A DNA stretch of 24,754 nt from a virus (taxonomy: Duplodnaviria; Caudoviricetes): IMG/VR virus record IMGVR_UViG_3300004776_000009, positions 1 through 24,754 of that record. One strand, written 5' to 3'. Made by a program: the position numbers and the translations under genes. This document shows positions 10,076 through 19,434 of this stretch, in pieces; position 1 is the first letter of the stretch; every line of letters begins with the position of its first letter. The notes beneath the pieces were generated by a model. It searched no databases. It was given only the letters and a program-made list of their open reading frames with translations, and had not been told where the DNA came from.

Positions 10076-10982
10076 TGTTAACATCTATGACAAATCGGGT
10101 GAGGTGGTTCAAACATTAGAGTTTAATGAGCCTCTCACCCACGTATCGGGTAGGGTTAGTAAGTCCGAATCAGGTGTTTACTACAAGGGTGCTGGTGTTC
10201 CTTATCGAAGCCAATTATCCCTTGACCCTAACCTATACCCTGTAATCAAAGAAGATGAAGTATTTTATTGTGGGTATAACGTAGCTAACCCTAACTTTGT
10301 TGGGAAGATAGGTATCTTCCAAGAGACGTATCAGCCATACTTTAGTGACTTTATTGGTTCATGTGGCCCTAAAGAATTAAACATAATCCGTAACTCAAGG
10401 GAATTTAAACGCTCATCGGTAGAAGTGCTAGATTGTATCAACTATGATGAGACTAATAAGCAATTCTATTTTGTTATGGATTATAGGTGTGGGCGTAAGG
10501 GCTACTTGTGGGGTGGACAACCGAAAGACCTATATGAATTGCTAGAGTATATGGTTACTGAAGGTTGGAACTTTCCGTGGGATAAGACGAGCATAAAGGA
10601 TATTTCGAGAGGTGGGCTAGTCTCTGATGTGGCTGACCTGTTTAGGTCAAAGGAATTAGTTCATCAGATAGGGACAGTTTACTCAGCTATCTATTCCCTA
10701 TTTAAACTATACCAACGCAGTTTCAATGAATTCACAGAATACGTTGGGGCCAACACTATATCTGATAGGCACATCCCAACACTAATTATATTCCTGTTAG
10801 AGAAGTTTGGGGTAGACACTGAAGAAGTGTTCCGTAACTCAGAAGAACAATATTTCTATAATCACATCATTGGCGACTATCTAATACAGGGCCGTAACTG
10901 TGCTTATGTTGAGGATTTTAATTATGGTGATATAGTTAAACGGCAATATATAGACAAGTTTAGCCAGAGATTAGGAGTGTAA
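10068..10982 (+). CDS. Hypothetical protein, 304 aa
   Basis: Long ORF that overlaps the upstream gene by 8 nt; no motif recognised. Confidence 0.75.
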   Translation: MHSVNIYDKSGEVVQTLEFNEPLTHVSGRVSKSESGVYYKGAGVPYRSQLSLDPNLYPVIKEDEVFYCGYNVANPNFVGKIGIFQETYQPYFSDFIGSCGPKELNIIRNSREFKRSSVEVLDCINYDETNKQFYFVMDYRCGRKGYLWGGQPKDLYELLEYMVTEGWNFPWDKTSIKDISRGGLVSDVADLFRSKELVHQIGTVYSAIYSLFKLYQRSFNEFTEYVGANTISDRHIPTLIIFLLEKFGVDTEEVFRNSEEQYFYNHIIGDYLIQGRNCAYVEDFNYGDIVKRQYIDKFSQRLGV

Positions 10983-10987
10983 GTAGC

Positions 10988-11284
10988 ATGACAACGCCAG
11001 CAGGCCCACCTCTTGTAGTTAACAACCCACACCCTCCTATTTTTCAAATAAAATGGCCTTGCGATACAACAAGCCAAGGTTCTGACGGAAGCATAGATTA
11101 TTTTGTTAAAAACCTTACTTGTTGGTACGTGGGTGGTTTACCTATTTTGCCTATAAGAGTAGACCCTGTGTTTAACAACATAATGGAAGCTGCAATGATA
11201 ACGAACTTGAACATGGGGATTTGGTTAACTCCAGTTCAGGCAACGTCTTCTACCCTTCCGTCATCAGGTTGGGGTTTGGTGTAG
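10988..11284 (+). CDS. Hypothetical Pro-rich protein, 98 aa
   Basis: AGGAG lies upstream; the ORF fills the gap between its neighbours. Confidence 0.65.
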   Translation: MTTPAGPPLVVNNPHPPIFQIKWPCDTTSQGSDGSIDYFVKNLTCWYVGGLPILPIRVDPVFNNIMEAAMITNLNMGIWLTPVQATSSTLPSSGWGLV

Positions 11285-11286
11285 AA

Positions 11287-14200
11287 ATGTTAAAAAGCCT
11301 CTTCATTTCTAATTATTATGCGTGGGTTAAGGATTATTGGACTCAGGCATTTAATAGTGCTGAAACTAATATTGAGGCTGATTTTGCTAATTTCTGTCTA
11401 AGCAGTCTGTCTGACCAAATTTTGAGAGACGATACAAGTGAAAACCAAAATCTAGTTGATGCAGAACAAAACCATTTAAGCACATATCTGGCAGTATATC
11501 AAGGTCTATTGTCTAACATGAATACTGTCAACGAACTAACATCTGCTTTGTCTGATTATCAAGAGTCCAAAGCAAATCGCAAGGCTATTTTACCTAAAAT
11601 AGATTCATTTGTAACTGTAATTAATAAACAAGCCAGTAATATTTATGACACATACCACGCATATTCTAACGTGGACATTTACCCAGACTATCGACCAAGC
11701 GTTTTAGCTGCACAAAGAATATCTACATCAGTTAAGACTTTTTTGACACAAGTTAGTCAATATGTCTCTCTATCTGAGACTGAGATTGACAACATGGAAA
11801 CCACTAAACAAGTTCCATTATCTTATCAAGATATTTTAGATAAGTCACCTTACGTCTTTGATGGAACATATAGTGATAATATAAATCACGTCTCACCCGA
11901 AGGTAATTTATACGGTCAAACAACGACAGTTCAGGTAGTTGAGCATCTATATTGGTGGACAGGGGCAGAATGGGAATTAGTCCCTGATGTTTTAGACCAG
12001 GCCGCATCTGTTGACCTATTACCTAATGGTGAAGACTTTGGAACAATATTTAGAATACCTAAAGTAAACGCAACAGGTGATGGTTATATCTATGATTATT
12101 ATTACTCAACAGGTTCAGCTTGGGTATTAATGAATGAGTATTGGGCCGTTGAGGGTGTTAGCGAATTACCTAGCCCTGGATATAACATTGGAGATTATCA
12201 TAAAGTTATTGAAAGGTCAGTTACCGTTAAGTGGGATGGTTATGAGTGGCAACGATTAAATATGTCAGAGTTTGCCGACAACATTGGGTTAGCTGCTGGT
12301 ATTGCTGGACTAACAACTAATCAGACTACATTAGAGAATTCACACAATGAATTACTAGCATCTTACCTTGGCGACACCAATACAGGTAATACATTATTAG
12401 ATGCTATTGCTGTAGAGAAAGCAGCGTTTATAGATTTACTCGATTCATTCTCTGATTCTGGTTATATTACTCTTGCAGAGTCATTTGAACTAAAGAAACA
12501 CCTTGCTGGTGTAGTCTCTGAGTCAGTGACATTAATTGCAACTGCTCGAACATTAGAAGGTTTGGTTGCAGAGTTAGACCTATCTGAATTAACGGATGAT
12601 TACTCAGAAGCTATTACAGACTTAGATACGGCCCTTGATAGTTGGGTAGATGCTACGGCTTACCCCGTAGAGATTACAGGTGCGGTTAGTTCAAGGGCTA
12701 CTATTGATGCAGCTATAGAGGCTGTTAGGGTAGCAAGGGCGGCTCTATTTACAGCTATACAAAACTCAAATGTGGATTATGTAGATGCTCAAATATTAGA
12801 GGTTGGTGGCGCAGTTTCGGATGTTCAGGATGCCGTAGACCTATATGCCAATGACGGCTATATCTCCTTAGCGGAAGCCAATGAATTAACCAGGCTTAAC
12901 GCTCACCTAGATGCTGAATCAGACGACATAATTGCAATAGCTGTAGGCTTGGCTCCTGTTCCTGAACCTAACCCCAAGAGTGCTATTACTCTTGCTAAAG
13001 AAGCATACTCGGCAGCTTTATTGGCTCTAACTAATGCCCTAACAAGCTGGACTACAAATGTTACTTATCCACTAGAGATAAAAGACCTGGTTACGACTAA
13101 AGCAGCAATGCAGTCAGCATTAGCTGATGTTGCTTCAACCAAAGCTGCATTGACTGTAGAGATTCAAGGGGTTAACGCACAAAACCTCTCAGACGTAAGT
13201 GGTGACTTGGGTGAGCTTCAGAGTGATGTAGATGATTTTTCAACAGACCTAACGCTTATGTTATCGGAAGCTAATTCCCTAACAGCTTCGTTTAATACAC
13301 TTACCATTGGATATAATAATATTGTTAGTGCGGCAGGGGCATGTGACCCTGTTGTAAACACAGATTTGATTACCGCTGCATATAACGCTTTACACTCCGC
13401 AATAGACACTACATGGATAGGGCAAGCATCTTATCCTGTGACTCTAGCCGCTGGTGATAGAGCCGCATTACAGTTATTGCTTCAAGACTATGAGGAACAT
13501 CGTTTCTTAACTGAGAGTGATATAGCCGCAGCTAATGTTGGCGACCCTACAGCAGCAATTAGTCAAGCGATAACTGACTTTAGACTATCAATATATAATG
13601 GCTTTATTAAAGGGTTTACCCCTGACTTAGAGTTGGTTTACGTTAATAAGAATGAATTAACCCTACGCCCTAAAGAGACAGGGGATTACGACCTTAAAGA
13701 GATACTAAAGAAGACTGCGGTTTTTACCTATACTCCTATATTAGACTACACAACTCCTGGTGGAGTAATCACATTAGCGCAATCAGAGATAATTGAATCG
13801 AATAACGAAGTAGGTAATCCACCACCGTATAATGTTTATCTAGCCAACCAACACGCTGACTTTGAAACGTCTATCTATGATTATCGTGGCAAGCTATTCT
13901 GCTCAAACCATACCCATAGTAACAATTACTGGGTAGATGACGATGGTGATTTCGAGGCTATACTTGTTGGGACAGTAACCACTATCCCTGAAACTATAGA
14001 TGGAATCACAAAGATAATATTTGAGCAGGGGATAAACACTTCTTTAATCAGCCAGGAATCAGATGTTAAAGAAACATTCCGTGAATATAGTGACTTCGAT
14101 TTAGAATATACTGACGAGACAACATTAACCCTAGCCCGAATATACGGCGCTAGAGGCCAAATGTATGTCCCCGAAAGCCTTTATTACCTTGGTGAGAGCC

Positions 14201-16266
14201 GAACATTAAGTAACTCTGATTGGATTATAAACGTAAGTGGGGTTGACGGGACACTATCATTAGGTTCAGAAGGCGCAGCAGCATCTACTTTATATTATGT
14301 TTATATCGGTTCAGATACAGATATCTATAACTTTAATACCTTGGCAGGGACAACACCCGATAGACCATTACACCCAGGCGAAACAGGTTATGTTGCTGGT
14401 AAAGACTTTAGACTGTCAATGTTTTTGTCTACAACAATACCTGATAACGGTAGGCTGGCCCAAACTTATTATGGATATTGGGCAAGACATATCGGACAGA
14501 TATTAACTGACGCTGGTGGTAAATTTGTCTATTCAGGTAATGTTTCAGCTATTAGACAAGCCACATTAAACCCAACATATTTAGATGGCTTGGCAGAAGT
14601 GAGTATTGAATCTGGCTCGTCTACCTCATTCAAAGTAGTTAAGAAACGAGGCACATCAGGTGTTGTAATGGTTGGGGCAAGGGGTGTTGTAACGCCTACT
14701 GCTGGCTATACAATAACAACATCTGACCCTATTTATACTTATGATGAGGAAGATGTAAACTTTGACCCTACAGACCCATTAGTTGATACGACAACCATAC
14801 TAGATACATTTATTGGAACAGAGAAATACCTCTACCTTGCTAACGATAGACCCTGTTGGGGAGCATTAGCAGGTCAAACATTCCTGTGTAATGTAGACCA
14901 TACAGCAGGTTATTTGAGCCAAAACTATCCTGGCAACAATGCAAGGTGGATTGCTACTATTAAATTGGCAGTTGGGACCAAGGGTTTAGACCTAGTTACT
15001 AATGGGAACTTTATGGAAGGTGTAGAAGATTGGGTTTCAGAAGGCTGGACTTGGGTAGAAGCAGACCGCAACGTAACCTGTGATGCAGATGGTGTTCCTT
15101 TAGAACAAGAAGCCATGACGGTTGAAGCAGGTTCAATATATGAAGTTGCATTAACAGCGTCTGGTTTTGCTTCGGGTTGCATTACACCTAAAATTGGTAA
15201 TACATTAGGAGATGCAATAACTTCAGCACAACGGAGTGTTCAGTATATAAAAGCCACTAATACTGATGTGTTAAAGATTGTTCCTGACCCGCTTTTCAGT
15301 GGCGCAGTTGATACTGTTACAGCGTTTAAGATTGAATCGGGGGCGTTTAGTGGGAATTACATTACCGATTCCATTACTAAAGAAGTTCCAGTAATAGATA
15401 ACTACGACATTGGCACAAACATCCTTTGGGATAGTGTTAAAATAATGCAAGTCATTAATGACGCATTAGGGGTATCAGGGACAACATCAGTATTAAATGC
15501 CCAAAAGACAGGTGGTTTGAACCTTAGATTAGAATACGTTAACACAACTACAGTAAGGCTAATACCCTCGTCAGGGACAGATAGCTATGTTGTGTTCCCT
15601 GACCTTTCTGCCGCTACAATACCTGCCGCTGGTATAACAATGACCGTGGCTGGAGCAGCTAACACTAGATACTATGTCTACCTATCAATAGGAACTGGTT
15701 CAGGCGCATTGAGTATGTCATCAGCAAATGCTCCGAATGATCTATACACAAAACTAGAGACATACGGGACAGCCAACATACAAGTTGGCGATATTTGTAT
15801 GACAGCTCCAAATGCCATGACTGGCGCTTGGAATGTATGTAGTAGCCATCAAGAAATTCCACTATCTTGGTCAACGGCGATAAATGCAGCGGATGTTGTG
15901 GCGATAAATGTTGTGTTGAATTTGCCCGGATTGATAGTCGGCAGACGAGCAAAAACCACGGTGACGCGGACAGGGTCTACAACATTATACGCATCGTTTG
16001 TATGGAATGTATATTGGGGGTCATATTACAACACTTGCACAGTAACAGTGGGGTCAAACTCCTGCGATGCTTATCCTGACTACGTAATCTGGCGCGGTCA
16101 TATCACAGTTGCGTTAAGTGAAGCGCCTGGTGTGGGAATAGCAGCGGGGAACCCAACGTACTCTGAAACGATATATGGTGAAAGGGTTGGGGATTACCCC
16201 TCCTGTTATGGACACGAAGTGCATATATCCGCACGTGACGGGAACTTGGTCCTAACCAGAAGCTAA
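11287..16266 (+). CDS. Large modular tail fibre/receptor-binding protein
   Basis: Likely start is ATG 11287 (MLKSLF), just after the upstream stop. Contains WxGxxW hairpin motifs, three ~131-aa helical repeats, four beta-domain repeats, a CBM4/9-like domain (DLVTNGNFMEGVEDW) and a divergent aromatic/Cys-rich C-terminus. Confidence 0.75.
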   Translation: MLKSLFISNYYAWVKDYWTQAFNSAETNIEADFANFCLSSLSDQILRDDTSENQNLVDAEQNHLSTYLAVYQGLLSNMNTVNELTSALSDYQESKANRKAILPKIDSFVTVINKQASNIYDTYHAYSNVDIYPDYRPSVLAAQRISTSVKTFLTQVSQYVSLSETEIDNMETTKQVPLSYQDILDKSPYVFDGTYSDNINHVSPEGNLYGQTTTVQVVEHLYWWTGAEWELVPDVLDQAASVDLLPNGEDFGTIFRIPKVNATGDGYIYDYYYSTGSAWVLMNEYWAVEGVSELPSPGYNIGDYHKVIERSVTVKWDGYEWQRLNMSEFADNIGLAAGIAGLTTNQTTLENSHNELLASYLGDTNTGNTLLDAIAVEKAAFIDLLDSFSDSGYITLAESFELKKHLAGVVSESVTLIATARTLEGLVAELDLSELTDDYSEAITDLDTALDSWVDATAYPVEITGAVSSRATIDAAIEAVRVARAALFTAIQNSNVDYVDAQILEVGGAVSDVQDAVDLYANDGYISLAEANELTRLNAHLDAESDDIIAIAVGLAPVPEPNPKSAITLAKEAYSAALLALTNALTSWTTNVTYPLEIKDLVTTKAAMQSALADVASTKAALTVEIQGVNAQNLSDVSGDLGELQSDVDDFSTDLTLMLSEANSLTASFNTLTIGYNNIVSAAGACDPVVNTDLITAAYNALHSAIDTTWIGQASYPVTLAAGDRAALQLLLQDYEEHRFLTESDIAAANVGDPTAAISQAITDFRLSIYNGFIKGFTPDLELVYVNKNELTLRPKETGDYDLKEILKKTAVFTYTPILDYTTPGGVITLAQSEIIESNNEVGNPPPYNVYLANQHADFETSIYDYRGKLFCSNHTHSNNYWVDDDGDFEAILVGTVTTIPETIDGITKIIFEQGINTSLISQESDVKETFREYSDFDLEYTDETTLTLARIYGARGQMYVPESLYYLGESRTLSNSDWIINVSGVDGTLSLGSEGAAASTLYYVYIGSDTDIYNFNTLAGTTPDRPLHPGETGYVAGKDFRLSMFLSTTIPDNGRLAQTYYGYWARHIGQILTDAGGKFVYSGNVSAIRQATLNPTYLDGLAEVSIESGSSTSFKVVKKRGTSGVVMVGARGVVTPTAGYTITTSDPIYTYDEEDVNFDPTDPLVDTTTILDTFIGTEKYLYLANDRPCWGALAGQTFLCNVDHTAGYLSQNYPGNNARWIATIKLAVGTKGLDLVTNGNFMEGVEDWVSEGWTWVEADRNVTCDADGVPLEQEAMTVEAGSIYEVALTASGFASGCITPKIGNTLGDAITSAQRSVQYIKATNTDVLKIVPDPLFSGAVDTVTAFKIESGAFSGNYITDSITKEVPVIDNYDIGTNILWDSVKIMQVINDALGVSGTTSVLNAQKTGGLNLRLEYVNTTTVRLIPSSGTDSYVVFPDLSAATIPAAGITMTVAGAANTRYYVYLSIGTGSGALSMSSANAPNDLYTKLETYGTANIQVGDICMTAPNAMTGAWNVCSSHQEIPLSWSTAINAADVVAINVVLNLPGLIVGRRAKTTVTRTGSTTLYASFVWNVYWGSYYNTCTVTVGSNSCDAYPDYVIWRGHITVALSEAPGVGIAAGNPTYSETIYGERVGDYPSCYGHEVHISARDGNLVLTRS
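12448..13470 (+). repeat. Three ~131-aa helical repeats in the tail fibre
   Basis: FSDSGYITLAE (12448), YANDGYISLAE (12844) and FSTDLTLMLSE (13237), ending respectively in SWVDATAYPVEI, SWTTNVTYPLEI and TWIGQASYPVTL. Confidence 0.85.
13624..15800 (+). repeat. Four degenerate beta-domain repeats in the tail fibre
   Basis: DLELVYVNKNELTL..YNVYLAN..LVGTV; DFDLEYTDETTLTL..YYVYIGS..HIGQI; EVSIESGSSTSFKV..KYLYLAN..WIATI; NLRLEYVNTTTVRL..YYVYLS..QVGDI. Confidence 0.7.
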
Positions 16267-16327
16267 TAAGTATTGTGGATTATTCTAGGCACCGAAATAC
16301 AAAAACAGGCCGAATAACGGAGGCTCC

Positions 16328-16387
16328 ATGCCATACGATAGAATGACACCCGGATACAATATAATCTCAAAATTTACAGGTGACTAA
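16328..16387 (+). CDS. 19-aa mini-ORF (MPYDRMTPGYNIISKFTGD), possible gene remnant or coupling peptide
   Basis: GGAGG lies 4 nt upstream of ATG 16328; its TAA overlaps the next ATG (TAATG). Confidence 0.35.
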   Translation: MPYDRMTPGYNIISKFTGD

Positions 16388-17556
16388 TGGCAAACATACC
16401 TCAGACAACATATAGCAATATACCAGCATACCCTCGCTCATGGTATCAAGCATCTTCAAATTGGTCTGCCAAATCAGTATCAGTGGCAGCCGACCGTTAC
16501 AAACTAACCTCACCTACTGCTATGCAAATTGATGTTAATAGCCTTAGCCTTACATCCACTATAGCTACTGAACCTGATTTATCGTTGGATGCTACATGGG
16601 ATACGATTACACCCACAGATTATACTGAAGGCGCAGCACGGGCAGGTAAAGATTTCTATATTTATGCTTGTATCGGGACAACGACAGTCCCTGTAATAGT
16701 TATTTCTGCTAATGCTACATATCCTTCAGGCTACACAGCATTAACATCACGTAAAATAGGTGGGTTTCATTGTCTATGTGCTAGTGCCGGAACGATAGCA
16801 TCATACCCACTGTCAGGATACCTCACAGGTGATATATTACCTACATCAGTATGGGACTTAAAGAAACGATGTAAAAATATAGGTTATAATAATAATGGCC
16901 TAGCATACATAGCTGAACTAGATTCATGGGCATATATTTACCTACCTTCAGGCACTTCTGGTGCCCCTGTAAGTGTCTATAATGGGACAATATTGGATAC
17001 CATAGATTGGAACACATGCGTAGACGCAGGTAGAGTAGTAGGTATGAAGCTATTTAGAGATTATGAGTTTCAAGTAGCTGCTGGATTGAGTAACGAACAG
17101 ACTAACATATATGGTTCAACCGACCCCGTTACAACTGGTGGGCATGTTGATACTGCTGGTAGACGTATGATTAGCAAGCATGGGTTGGAAGACTGCTGTG
17201 GGGTTGTTTCACAGTGGCTAGACGAAGGTAGTTGGAAGTTTGACGGTGCCACAGCACATTATCATAAGATTGTAACCATAACAGGAAATGCCGAAACTGA
17301 TACGTCCGGTAATGCAGTAGCTGTAAACGGCAGCACAGCACAAGATATCGCCCCTGCATGGGCTTGGTATAACCTACCTTTAGATAAGGGACAACTATAT
17401 AGACAAGGGACAAATGGAGACGTTAAGGCTGTGGCAGGGGGGATATGGAATGATGGGACATATTCCGGTTCACGAAGTAGATTTTTGTGGTGCCTTCGGG
17501 ATTCCGTTTATAATTATCACGGCTTCCGTCTCATCGCCCCCAACGTGTGGAGGTAA
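16387..17556 (+). CDS. Mtd-like (major tropism determinant) receptor-binding protein 1: Mtd_N plus C-type-lectin/FGE-like fold
   Basis: AGKDFYIYAC...SANATYPSGYT...SRKIGGFHC, GDILPTSVWDL, DTAGRRMISKHGLEDCCGVVSQW and C-terminal GGxWNDG...GSRSR...GFR. Confidence 0.85.
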   Translation: MANIPQTTYSNIPAYPRSWYQASSNWSAKSVSVAADRYKLTSPTAMQIDVNSLSLTSTIATEPDLSLDATWDTITPTDYTEGAARAGKDFYIYACIGTTTVPVIVISANATYPSGYTALTSRKIGGFHCLCASAGTIASYPLSGYLTGDILPTSVWDLKKRCKNIGYNNNGLAYIAELDSWAYIYLPSGTSGAPVSVYNGTILDTIDWNTCVDAGRVVGMKLFRDYEFQVAAGLSNEQTNIYGSTDPVTTGGHVDTAGRRMISKHGLEDCCGVVSQWLDEGSWKFDGATAHYHKIVTITGNAETDTSGNAVAVNGSTAQDIAPAWAWYNLPLDKGQLYRQGTNGDVKAVAGGIWNDGTYSGSRSRFLWCLRDSVYNYHGFRLIAPNVWR

Positions 17557-17561
17557 CAAAT

Positions 17562-19433
17562 ATGTCAATACTTCAGAGAATAACTACATCGCCTTCTACC
17601 TCCTATCTCCAAAATTGGTATTGGGCATCGGACCGTTTCCTACCTAAAACAGTAGTCACCGCAGCGGATAGATATACAGTCCTATCACCAGCAATAATGC
17701 AAGTTGATGTAGGAGGGACTTCGTTAACTAACCTAACACAACAAACATTGGACCTTAGCTTAGACACTAATTGGGACCACGGGCAAGGTATTGGCACATG
17801 GACTGCTAATCACGCTTATAGCGTGGGCGACTTAGTTAGACCAACTGCGGCATGGCTGGCTGACGGTGCGAATAATGCCTCCACAGCTTATGCTACTGAT
17901 AAGATGCTAAGCAATACTATACCTGGGCCTGGGGTGGTTGGCGTAGACGCTTATTATAGTGGCCAGTTTGGTTCTTATTTATTTTCTCAATCTACCTCTG
18001 ATTTATGGTGGGTGAATACGGCATATCCACACTATGTTACATATGATTTTGGGAGTGGAAATACAAAAGTAATAAGTAAGTTTAGATATTATGGATATCC
18101 AGGCTTAAGCCCTAAAACATGGGTATTGCAGGGTTCAAATGTAGCCTCACCCGGAACTGCTGGAGATAGTACAGATTGGAACAATGCAGACCCAACGATA
18201 GGGAAAACACTTTATACTGGAACAGATATTGCTAACCCAGGGAATAATTGGACAAGCTATTTTACCTTTAGTAACTCTACAGCATATAGACACTATAGGC
18301 TATACATGACAGTAGGATGGTCAGCAGTCCAAGTAATGTTTCGGGAAATCCACCTAGTATCCACACCCTCCCTAGTCTATCGTTGCTCCTCAATTACGAC
18401 AGGCATCTCAGGTGGAACTTCACCAGCATTCCCTGCAACTGAAAATGCAACTGTAACAGATAGTGGTGTCACCTGGACTGCATATCTAGATAACACTGTA
18501 GCAGTTAACCGAAAAGGTCAGGATTATTACGTCTATGCTTGCACACCAACTAGCGGAACGACACCCAAGCTACTATTATCGAAACAATCAACTTACCCAT
18601 TAGGTTATACAGCTAGTAATAGCCGTAAGATTGGTGGTTTCCATTGCCTATGTGAATATGTTGGTGCTAATACCTATGGCACTACTGCTCACTCACTATA
18701 TGGCTATGTTGCTGGTGATGTGTTGCCACAATCAGTATGGGATTTAAGGTGGAAATCAAACTCACTCATTGGCAATGTGGGCCAAGTTTATGACGCTGGT
18801 AGACAAATATGGTGTGCTATATATCACCCAAGTGGGACTAGCACCGCACCGACAATAGTATTAGGTGGGACTATACTTGACACTATAGACTGGAATAACT
18901 CAGTAGACGCATGTGCTGTGTTGGGTATGAGATTAGCTAGAGATAGTGAGTTTCAGAGTATAGCTGCTGGTAGTAACGAGAGAACTAATATTTATGGTAG
19001 TGCTGACCCTGTAACAGCCCAAGGAGCAGTTGATACCGCAGGGACTAGAATGATTAGTAATATTGGTGTAGAAGGGGCATGTGGACAGATGTATCAATGG
19101 ATTGACGAGCAGTCATACCAATTCGCTGGAGCAGCCTCACATACTCACGCATGGACGGTGGATGGAAATGCCCAGAGTAATATTGTAAGTGCCGCAGCAT
19201 CCGGTGATTTAGCCCCTGCCTGGGGTTGGCAAGCCGCTAGTGGCTCAAAGGGTTCAATCTATAAGCAGGGGACGTATGGTGATGTTAAGTTACTATCAGG
19301 TGGGTTATGGAATGATGGTTCTTTATGTGGCTCTCGTAATAGGGGGTTATTCAACTATAACCATAGATGGCATTCTGGCTCACAAGTATCCTTCCGCCCC
19401 GTAGCACGCCACATCGTGAAGGAGGTAGTTTAA
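17562..19433 (+). CDS. Mtd-like receptor-binding protein 2 with inserted CBM5/12-like and F5/8 type C (discoidin) domains
   Basis: ATG 17562 follows GGAGGT. Same Mtd motifs as protein 1. Insert: WTANHAYSVGDLVRP...YPHYVTYDFG...SPKTWVLQGSN...AYRHYRLY...VTDSGVTW. Confidence 0.85.
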   Translation: MSILQRITTSPSTSYLQNWYWASDRFLPKTVVTAADRYTVLSPAIMQVDVGGTSLTNLTQQTLDLSLDTNWDHGQGIGTWTANHAYSVGDLVRPTAAWLADGANNASTAYATDKMLSNTIPGPGVVGVDAYYSGQFGSYLFSQSTSDLWWVNTAYPHYVTYDFGSGNTKVISKFRYYGYPGLSPKTWVLQGSNVASPGTAGDSTDWNNADPTIGKTLYTGTDIANPGNNWTSYFTFSNSTAYRHYRLYMTVGWSAVQVMFREIHLVSTPSLVYRCSSITTGISGGTSPAFPATENATVTDSGVTWTAYLDNTVAVNRKGQDYYVYACTPTSGTTPKLLLSKQSTYPLGYTASNSRKIGGFHCLCEYVGANTYGTTAHSLYGYVAGDVLPQSVWDLRWKSNSLIGNVGQVYDAGRQIWCAIYHPSGTSTAPTIVLGGTILDTIDWNNSVDACAVLGMRLARDSEFQSIAAGSNERTNIYGSADPVTAQGAVDTAGTRMISNIGVEGACGQMYQWIDEQSYQFAGAASHTHAWTVDGNAQSNIVSAAASGDLAPAWGWQAASGSKGSIYKQGTYGDVKLLSGGLWNDGSLCGSRNRGLFNYNHRWHSGSQVSFRPVARHIVKEVV

Positions 19434-19434
19434 A

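Noticed and set aside
17436-17541. Long hairpin between the G-rich and C-rich flanks of the Mtd1 tip (GATGGGAC 17452-17459 with GTCTCATC 17528-17535)
   Set aside because: Only 8 bp with one wobble, plus G/C runs. The other cassettes show no specific complementarity, so compositional skew explains it.
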